Positions 8,231-14,668 of a stretch of 24,223 nt of DNA are shown piece by piece. Location: NCBI GenBank assembly GCA_002716355.1, contig PBAU01000016.1:1-24223 (forward strand), in the 5' to 3' direction. Each line of letters begins with the position of its first letter. Positions within the stretch are counted from its first letter, which is position 1. A model generated the notes under the pieces. It was given only the letters and a program-made list of their open reading frames with translations, ran no database searches and had not been told where the DNA came from. This stretch comes from a bacterium (GTDB lineage Bacteria > UBP7 > UBA6624). The position numbers were made by a program, and so were the translations under genes.

Positions 8231-9617
8231 TTTTTTCTTGTTTTAAAATAGAGCGCTGATTCCACTCTATAGAAAAACAGGCCCCCTTATCTTTATTGTT
8301 AGATATTATAAAATTACCACCATGAGAATTTAAGATTTTTTTACAAATTGACAAACCTAATCCAAAACCCGATTTTTTTAAATTTTCTCCACGCACAAAA
8401 GGCTTATCAATCTTTGAAATTAATTTTTCTGATATTCCTGGCCCGCTATCAATGCAAGAAATTGTTATTATGTCCTGTTTTTTTGAGGCTAGAATAGTCA
8501 CCCCAGCATCGCTTGGTGCATATTTTAAAGCATTATCTAAAATGTTTTTAATAACTATAGACATTTTTACAACATCGCAGCAGACCACAAAAGGGTTTTT
8601 GATGTCAACTTTTACATGGTCATGCTTCGATAGGTCTTGAGCCTGCTTTACTAAATTAATTATATCAATTTTTTCAAGATCTAGTGTAGAATATGGAGCA
8701 GAAAGCTTATCTGAAATTAAAATATTAGTTACCATGGAATCTAAATAATCAATTTGAGCATCCATTGTTTTAATTTTATTTTTATCAGGTTTCATAGCCA
8801 ACAATAGTCGCATTTTTGATAAAGGGGTTCTAATTTCATGGCTGACATCAGAAAGAAGCCTTTCTTTTTGTTTGAGTAAAGTTTTAATTTCTAATATCAA
8901 ACTATTAAAATTTTTTGATAATAAGGCCAGCTCATCTTCTCCAATTATATCAATAGATGAGTCTAAATCTCCGCCTTCTAGAGCAACAATGCGCGTTTGC
9001 ATTAAACTAATAGGTTTCAAAAAACGCCTAACAATCAAATATAATACCACCATAAATATTATCGTTAACAACATGATGGGTAAAAAGGTAATCCACTCAC
9101 TTGGATATATATAGTCTATAATTAACAAAACCCTCCACGCATCTTTTTCAATTACTGTGGCGGGATAAATTTGATTATTAATTTCAATATCTCCAAACGA
9201 AACATGACCAGGAAAGTTAACCCCATATAATTTTTTTAAATTATGTGAGTCTTGATAATTAATATAATCACAAATCGAAACAAGCTCATTTATATTTTGC
9301 CAATAAACAAGTTTTTGTTCTTCTGAATATGACATATTTTGATTCTCTTCACAAAAGTTTTGAGACTGAATATAATAAATTTTTGCAGATAATTTTAAAT
9401 TATCTAACTCTTCTCTAATTGTTATGGTATCAGACAAGTCTCCCCACGAATCAATGAATTTATAATGGTAATATAAATCATGTATATCGAAAATTGTATC
9501 CTTATCTTGAACTGCCCAATTCAATACATAATAAGTTAAAACTACAAGAATAAAAGCAGCGACGCCAAACAACAAAGCAAGCCTGCCAAAAACATGTTTT
9601 TTAAAATAAGAAAACAA
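8208..9617 (-). CDS. Sensor histidine kinase with two TMs flanking a ~140-aa periplasmic domain, then HAMP, HisKA and HATPase
   Basis: H-box SHEIRTPLS, N-box DNALKYAP, G1 DSGPGI and G2 GFGLGLSI. TM helices lie near aa 12-33 and 165-190. The start is TTG (9615-9617), abutting the response regulator stop codon. Confidence 0.9.
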   Translation of the reverse strand: MFSYFKKHVFGRLALLFGVAAFILVVLTYYVLNWAVQDKDTIFDIHDLYYHYKFIDSWGDLSDTITIREELDNLKLSAKIYYIQSQNFCEENQNMSYSEEQKLVYWQNINELVSICDYINYQDSHNLKKLYGVNFPGHVSFGDIEINNQIYPATVIEKDAWRVLLIIDYIYPSEWITFLPIMLLTIIFMVVLYLIVRRFLKPISLMQTRIVALEGGDLDSSIDIIGEDELALLSKNFNSLILEIKTLLKQKERLLSDVSHEIRTPLSKMRLLLAMKPDKNKIKTMDAQIDYLDSMVTNILISDKLSAPYSTLDLEKIDIINLVKQAQDLSKHDHVKVDIKNPFVVCCDVVKMSIVIKNILDNALKYAPSDAGVTILASKKQDIITISCIDSGPGISEKLISKIDKPFVRGENLKKSGFGLGLSICKKILNSHGGNFIISNNKDKGACFSIEWNQRSILKQEKNAKKQFK

Positions 9618-10316
9618 TTATTTTTTTACTCCAACAAATCTATAGCCAATACCATGCACAGTTTTAATAAATCGTGTATTAGAAGGTGTTTCTCCCAGCT
9701 TGTTGCGTAGCCGGCTAACCAAGACATCAACAGACCGGTCACATGTTTGCCACTCTATTCCTCGCAGGTTTTCAACTAAAAAATCTCTACTTAAGGGGTT
9801 ATTTGCATTGTCCACAAAAAGCAACAAAGCTTCCATTTCAGCTGTTGATAAATTAATAGGATTGCCATCTAATAAAACCTCTTGTTTAATTTTATTTACA
9901 GAGAGGCCCTCAAATTCAATAATATCAACCAACGCATTTGCAGATAAAGTTCTGCGCAATATAGACTGTATTCTAGCCAATAGTTCTTGGGGTTCAAAAG
10001 GTTTAGGTAAAAAATCATCTGCGCCCAACTCTAAACCAACAACCCTATCAGCAACCTCTCCTTTTGCAGAAAGCATAATAATCGGAATATTTGAAAACTC
10101 ACGAATTTTACGCAACACTTGGAAGCCATCCATACCAGGCATCATAATATCTAAAATAACCAACTCACATTTTTGATGTTGATTATTTAAAACAGCATCC
10201 ACGCCTTTCACTGGATCGTTGTATGCTGTAATATGATAATTATGAGAAGATAAAAACTCATTAATTAAATCTGTTAATTCAACATCATCATCTATAATTG
10301 TAATATAATTTGACAT
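9618..10316 (-). CDS. OmpR/PhoB-family response regulator (receiver plus winged helix)
   Basis: Acidic pocket IIDDD, phospho-acceptor context VILDIMMPGMDG, LSAKG, and C-terminal wHTH ...RFIKTVHGIGYRF. The SD AGGAG (plus-strand ctcct, 10323-10327) overlaps the dnaA stop codon. Confidence 0.92.
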   Translation of the reverse strand: MSNYITIIDDDVELTDLINEFLSSHNYHITAYNDPVKGVDAVLNNQHQKCELVILDIMMPGMDGFQVLRKIREFSNIPIIMLSAKGEVADRVVGLELGADDFLPKPFEPQELLARIQSILRRTLSANALVDIIEFEGLSVNKIKQEVLLDGNPINLSTAEMEALLLFVDNANNPLSRDFLVENLRGIEWQTCDRSVDVLVSRLRNKLGETPSNTRFIKTVHGIGYRFVGVKK

Positions 10317-10325
10317 TCTGCGCTC

Positions 10326-11669
10326 CTATAATAATTGATTTTTTAAATTAGATATTGTGTTGGCAACGCCACTATCTGCCGCTATGCGGTCTTCAGTTGT
10401 TTTGCAGGCATGAATTACAGTAGAATGATCTCTTTTGCCAAAAAACAACCCAATGCTATTTAATGAACAGGAGGTCAGCTCTCTACATAAAAACATTGCA
10501 ACATGCCTAGCATTTACAAGTTCCATTTTCCTGCTTTTACCGATAATTTTCTTTTCATTTAAACCAAATTCTTTCGCAACAACTCTGCTAATTTGATTTA
10601 AGGAAATTTGAGATAAAGCCTCTTGTCCCAACAGGTCTTCAATAACCTGCCGAGACAATTCAACCGTGATATCTTCTTTTTTTAAAGAAGCCAAAGCTAA
10701 AAGCTTAACTAGGGCGCCTTCCATTGCTCGAATATCTTCTTTAATAGAGGCAGCAATAAACTCTGTTACATCATATGGAATATCTAAATTTTCATTTTTT
10801 GCCTTATTCATTAAAATGGCAATTCTAGTTTCTAAATCAGGGGGCTGTATATCAACAATGAGTCCAGACTGAAACCTGGAAACCAGCCGCTGTTTTAATT
10901 GAGTAAGTTCATTTGGATGTCTGTCAGTTGTTAAAACAATTTGTTTTCCCTGTTGAAACAAATCATTAAATAAATGAAAAAACTGTTCTTGGGTTTGTTC
11001 TTTAGTTTGAAAAAACTGCACATCATCTAACAACAAAACATCATTATCTCTATATGATTTTGCAAAATTAGTTGATTTATTATTTTGAATTGAAGAAATA
11101 AAATCCAACATAAATTTTTCGCTGGTAACATATACAACCCGAGCCTTTTTATTACTTTTTAATATATGATTTCCAATTGCTTGTAATAAATGCGTTTTTC
11201 CCAAGCCCGGCTTGCTATATATTAGAAGCGGATTAAAGGGCGTTTGTCCAGGAGAATCAGCAACTGAACTGGCCGCTGCTTTAGCAAACTGATTTCCACG
11301 GCCCTCAACAAAATTTTGAAAAATATATCTATTATTTAATTGAGAAGCATGGTGGTATTGTTTTGGAATGAGTTTTTCAGGTTCTCGTGTTTGAGAATTT
11401 GGAGCCAAACTATCATCTGATGCCCCAATCACAATACTATATTTAATATGTAATTTTTTTTGATACGCTTTTTTTAATGCCTGTTCAATCAAAGGCTTAT
11501 ATTTTGAATCTAACCACTCAAAATGAAACCGATTAGGAACAGCGATTGTAATTTGTTCTTCTTCTAAGCTTAATAAATCAATAGATTCAAACCATGTTTG
11601 ATAGGCCTGCTGGGACAATTCTGACTTAATAAGACTTAAAAAGTCTTTCCATGATTTTGATTGATTCAT
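10326..11669 (-). CDS. dnaA: Chromosomal replication initiator protein DnaA
   Basis: 447-aa ORF. It has AAA+ Walker A SKPGLGKTHLLQAIGN, Walker B VLLLDDVQF, and domain IV FGKRDHSTVIHA. Confidence 0.95.
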   Translation of the reverse strand: MNQSKSWKDFLSLIKSELSQQAYQTWFESIDLLSLEEEQITIAVPNRFHFEWLDSKYKPLIEQALKKAYQKKLHIKYSIVIGASDDSLAPNSQTREPEKLIPKQYHHASQLNNRYIFQNFVEGRGNQFAKAAASSVADSPGQTPFNPLLIYSKPGLGKTHLLQAIGNHILKSNKKARVVYVTSEKFMLDFISSIQNNKSTNFAKSYRDNDVLLLDDVQFFQTKEQTQEQFFHLFNDLFQQGKQIVLTTDRHPNELTQLKQRLVSRFQSGLIVDIQPPDLETRIAILMNKAKNENLDIPYDVTEFIAASIKEDIRAMEGALVKLLALASLKKEDITVELSRQVIEDLLGQEALSQISLNQISRVVAKEFGLNEKKIIGKSRKMELVNARHVAMFLCRELTSCSLNSIGLFFGKRDHSTVIHACKTTEDRIAADSGVANTISNLKNQLL

Positions 11670-11674
11670 TTTAG

Positions 11675-11683
11675 TTATTCACA
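11675..11683. promoter_or_regulatory. DnaA-box-like 9-mer TTATTCACA, 5 nt upstream of the dnaA start codon
   Basis: It fits TTATNCACA, one mismatch from TTATCCACA. It is the only good match I found in any intergenic region of the window. Its position suggests dnaA autoregulation and/or part of an origin. Confidence 0.35.
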
Positions 11684-11753
11684 AATTATAAACATTGTTG
11701 TTTCATCCTATAATTTAAAATAACTTTGAATAATTATTTATACTAAATATTTA

Positions 11754-11900
11754 ATGAATAAACACAAAAAAATCTTTTTAGCATGGCTAGTATTGGTATT
11801 TCTTTGGAACTTTGGTTATCCAGGCGCGGAACCAATATATGATGTTGTAGCAGCAGTTGTTTTATCAGCTGGCGCTACACTTTTAAAAAAGAAAGCATAA
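11754..11900 (+). CDS. Hypothetical 48-aa hydrophobic protein (below the ORF-track cutoff)
   Basis: Hand translation gives MNKHKKIFLAWLVLVFLWNFGYPGAEPIYDVVAAVVLSAGATLLKKKA. It has two hydrophobic stretches and basic ends. The stop TAA (11898-11900) lies 1 nt before the next gene's ATG. No homology is recognised, so it could be spurious. Confidence 0.3.
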   Translation: MNKHKKIFLAWLVLVFLWNFGYPGAEPIYDVVAAVVLSAGATLLKKKA

Positions 11901-11901
11901 T

Positions 11902-12717
11902 ATGGGAACCCTGCTTATTATTGTTTTATGTATTATTTTAGGCTATATGCTATATTTAATTTTTTTTTGGCAATGGAAAAAAAACTGTCAACCGCTGTAT
12001 AATGAACAGACTCAACCCATTATAGGACACCGAGGATCTCCAGCGCTTATTACTGAAAACACAATAGCATCATTTCAAAAAGCAATAGACCAAGGCGCTG
12101 TAGGGATAGAGCTAGACATTAGGCTTTCAAAAGATCAGCAAATTGTCGTTTTTCACGACGCTAATTTAAAAAGATTAAGTGGTCGCAGAGAAAAAGTGTC
12201 CAAATTATCACTTACAGAAATACAATCCATTGTTTTAAATAAACAAGAAAACCAAATAGAGGAAGTTTATATACCCTCTTTAAATGATGTGGTTCCTCTT
12301 TTAAATCAAATGAAAGTTATCAATATTGAAATTAAATCAGAAGGGCTGCTTAGGGGACATGCCATTTTAAAGCCCCTAATTAAATTTTTAAACACCCATA
12401 AAATAGATGACAAATGTATTATTTCAAGCTTTAACCCATTAATTCTAATGAAGCTGCGCCTAAAAAGGCCAGAAACTGTGATTGGTTTTTTATACAGCCG
12501 GAAGAGGTTGTTTCATGGTTGGGATAATATGGTTTGGATGTTGCGCGTACAACCAGAAAATCTTCATATTCATTATTCTTTATTAGATCACTGGATCGTT
12601 GATTGGGCGCGTAAAAAAGGAATGCGTATTAATAGCTACACAATCAATGATAAAGAGGTCTATGATAAGGTTAATGTTGATGGTATATTTACTGATAACA
12701 TTGAATATATAAAATAA
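11902..12717 (+). CDS. Glycerophosphodiester phosphodiesterase family protein with an N-terminal membrane anchor
   Basis: GDPD signatures IGHRGSP...ENT and GIELDIRLSKDQQIVVFHD. The N-terminal helix is MGTLLIIVLCIILGYMLYLIFFW. Confidence 0.88.
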   Translation: MGTLLIIVLCIILGYMLYLIFFWQWKKNCQPLYNEQTQPIIGHRGSPALITENTIASFQKAIDQGAVGIELDIRLSKDQQIVVFHDANLKRLSGRREKVSKLSLTEIQSIVLNKQENQIEEVYIPSLNDVVPLLNQMKVINIEIKSEGLLRGHAILKPLIKFLNTHKIDDKCIISSFNPLILMKLRLKRPETVIGFLYSRKRLFHGWDNMVWMLRVQPENLHIHYSLLDHWIVDWARKKGMRINSYTINDKEVYDKVNVDGIFTDNIEYIK

Positions 12718-12755
12718 TGTATATTTTATAAGATTTTAATAGGAGGGAACTTTTG

Positions 12756-14021
12756 ATGAGAAAGAATCAAAAAATCAGCTTTTTAATATTTGTTTTTGGA
12801 ATTTTATGTGCAAGCGAGCGCCAAGGCAATCCAGTACCATTAGGCAATAGAGATGAGTGCGGCTTTGCTTTTATAGAGAGTTGTTTTGATAGTGGAACAT
12901 GTTATCCTGCCTCATGGTTAAGCGATGGTCAATGCGACTCACAATTAGAATGTTATCAAGATGATGGTATGGATTGCGCAGGAGGTAATGGAGACCTATA
13001 TATTGAAGATTGTTCTATATGTGAAGGTATGGACAACGATATGACATGTTATGATTTGCTTGATCAATTTATTAATTGTTTTAATTGCTTTTACGTCTAT
13101 GATTGTGCATATGATTGTATGGGTGACGCCGTAGAAGATGAATGTGGTGTTTGTGAAGGAGGCGGCCCCGATGTAGGATTTGACTGTGAAGGCAATTGTC
13201 TTGTAGGTGAAGACTGTAATGGTGAATGTGGGGGGGCTGCTGAAATAGATGAATGTGGTGTATGTGATGGAGATGGTATTGCAGAAGGAGAATGTGATTG
13301 TTTTGGTCAAGTTTATGATGAATGCGGTATTTGCGGAGGATATAATAGCTTTTGTTTTCCTCCAATAGCAGAGGATGCAAATTATACTTTAAATGAAGAT
13401 AGTGCGCTTACTTTTTATCTTTCAGCAACGGATGCGGATGGAGATCAGCTTACTTTTTATGTAGACTCAGCGCCAACAAATGGAACTGTCACAATTGAAG
13501 GTACTGTTGCAACCTATACCCCATATATAAACTTTAATGGTACAGATACTTTTGGTTTTATAGCAAATGATGGAACTTTTGATTCAAATGTTGCTACGAT
13601 TATTCTATCTATTATGGCTGTTAATGATGCTCCCTTTTGGACCTATCTACCCCATGGAGAAGAAATTGTTGTTGGAGAAACAACCTCTTTTACGCTCCAA
13701 GCAGAAGACGTTGATGGAGATGAGTTATCATATCAGCTTTTTGATGTAATCGGTCCGGGATTCGTAACGCTAGCAGAAAATATTTTAACAGTACAGGCTT
13801 CTGAAGAAGGAGAAATAGAAATCACAGTAACTGTTTCTGATGGAGAAATGTATGATGAAGAAACGCTTACTTTGTTAGCAGGCCCAGCTCTTTGTGCCGA
13901 TGAATATGAACAAGGATTTCTTGATGGTTCAGCAACAGGCGATGCAAATGGCGATGGAATCTTAAATGTTGTAGATTTAGTTTATTTTGTACAAATAATA
14001 TTAAACACTAACGGCGAATGA
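12756..14021 (+). CDS. Secreted mosaic protein: signal peptide, 26-Cys DECGVC/LNR-like region, two cadherin-like (tandem-95-type) domains, and a C-terminal dockerin-like module
   Basis: The SD AGGAGG (12741-12746) lies 9 nt before ATG 12756; the ORF track starts at TTG 12753. The signal peptide is MRKNQKISFLIFVFGILCAS. The Cys-rich region spans nt 12858-13355. Domain 1 runs PPIAEDANYTLNEDSALTFYLSATDADGDQLTF...AVNDAP (13359-13634). The C-terminal module is GDANGDGILNVVDLVYFVQIIL (13938-14003). Confidence 0.8.
   Translation: MRKNQKISFLIFVFGILCASERQGNPVPLGNRDECGFAFIESCFDSGTCYPASWLSDGQCDSQLECYQDDGMDCAGGNGDLYIEDCSICEGMDNDMTCYDLLDQFINCFNCFYVYDCAYDCMGDAVEDECGVCEGGGPDVGFDCEGNCLVGEDCNGECGGAAEIDECGVCDGDGIAEGECDCFGQVYDECGICGGYNSFCFPPIAEDANYTLNEDSALTFYLSATDADGDQLTFYVDSAPTNGTVTIEGTVATYTPYINFNGTDTFGFIANDGTFDSNVATIILSIMAVNDAPFWTYLPHGEEIVVGETTSFTLQAEDVDGDELSYQLFDVIGPGFVTLAENILTVQASEEGEIEITVTVSDGEMYDEETLTLLAGPALCADEYEQGFLDGSATGDANGDGILNVVDLVYFVQIILNTNGE
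12858..13355 (+). repeat. Intragenic cysteine-rich repeat region (DECGxC units)
   Basis: There are 26 Cys in 166 residues. DECG recurs four times: DECGF, DECGVCEGGG, DECGVCDGDG and DECGICGGYN. The DNA repeat gatgaatgtggtgt(t/a)tgtga occurs near 13136 and 13249, with a third copy, gatgaatgcggtatttgcgga, near 13318. Confidence 0.7.
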
Positions 14022-14668
14022 AGCATTTAAGTTTAGTGAGTTTGTTTGTTATTAGTTTTGTTTATTCGCAATGCAACCAAAACAACTGGCAACAACATAG
14101 TCCTAATTTAGAATATTGTAATTTGGAAAATGTAAATATTGCATGGGAAGATTTATCTGGCTTTAATTTTACAGGAGCTAACCTTATAAACTCTAATTTA
14201 GTTGGATCAAATTTCTCTGGAGCTAATTTAACAAATGCTATTTTAGTTGAAGCTGATCTAACATGGGCAGTGTTAAGCTTTGCAGATTTAACCAATGCAG
14301 ATTTAACAGGCTCGAGTCTTGGTGCGGCAGACTTTACAGGCGCAAATTTAACAGGCGCCAATTTGTATGGGGCTATATGTTTTGACACTAATTTTTCTAA
14401 TGCGTGCATTGAGAACACCTACGGCTTTCCAACATCAGGCTATGTAGGAGACCCCATACTTTCAGGATGTGGAAGTTCATTGCCAGACTGGTATATTAAT
14501 CCAGCTGAATTTGAATATGTAATGTCAGTAACAGCGCGCATATTTAATGAATTTGGAGAAATTGGAAATGAATATGATTTGCTAGGTGCGTTTTATGAAA
14601 ATCAATGTATTGGTATAGCAGAAGCCGCAGAAGTGCCCCCTTTTTTGGAGGAGGTTACGCCTTTTTAA
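14018..14668 (+). CDS. N-terminal fragment of an interrupted surface-protein gene: signal peptide, 20 pentapeptide repeats, and the start of a beta-rich domain
   Basis: The start ATG overlaps the upstream stop (ATGA, 14018-14021). The signal peptide is MKHLSLVSLFVISFVYS. Pentapeptide repeats span nt 14117-14410. The reading frame runs out shortly after the C5T6 tract (14636-14646), while an overlapping ORF continues the same domain in the -1 frame. Confidence 0.75.
   Translation: MKHLSLVSLFVISFVYSQCNQNNWQQHSPNLEYCNLENVNIAWEDLSGFNFTGANLINSNLVGSNFSGANLTNAILVEADLTWAVLSFADLTNADLTGSSLGAADFTGANLTGANLYGAICFDTNFSNACIENTYGFPTSGYVGDPILSGCGSSLPDWYINPAEFEYVMSVTARIFNEFGEIGNEYDLLGAFYENQCIGIAEAAEVPPFLEEVTPF
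14117..14410 (+). repeat. Pentapeptide-repeat array (about 20 units, roughly 5 coils of a right-handed quadrilateral beta-helix)
   Basis: CNLEN VNIAW EDLSG FNFTG ANLIN SNLVG SNFSG ANLTN AILVE ADLTW AVLSF ADLTN ADLTG SSLGA ADFTG ANLTG ANLYG AICFD TNFSN ACIEN. This fits A(D/N)LxX periodicity. Confidence 0.85.

Noticed and set aside
9700-10176. A 158-aa plus-strand ORF.
   Set aside because: It is antisense to the well-supported OmpR-family response regulator, has no motifs and has a Ser/Lys-rich shadow composition.
12996-13380. Minus-strand ORFs of 104 and 99 aa, one strikingly His-rich (HHIHHIH...).
   Set aside because: They are antisense to the Cys-rich region. The His/Thr runs are simply the reverse complement of the repeated GAT GAA TGT GGT codons and are a repeat artefact.
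14062-14418. A 118-aa minus-strand ORF with its own 5-residue periodicity (KLAPVKFAPVKSAAP...).
   Set aside because: It is the antisense shadow of the pentapeptide-repeat array. The sense frame has a signal peptide, canonical A(D/N)LxX units and continuity with downstream domains.
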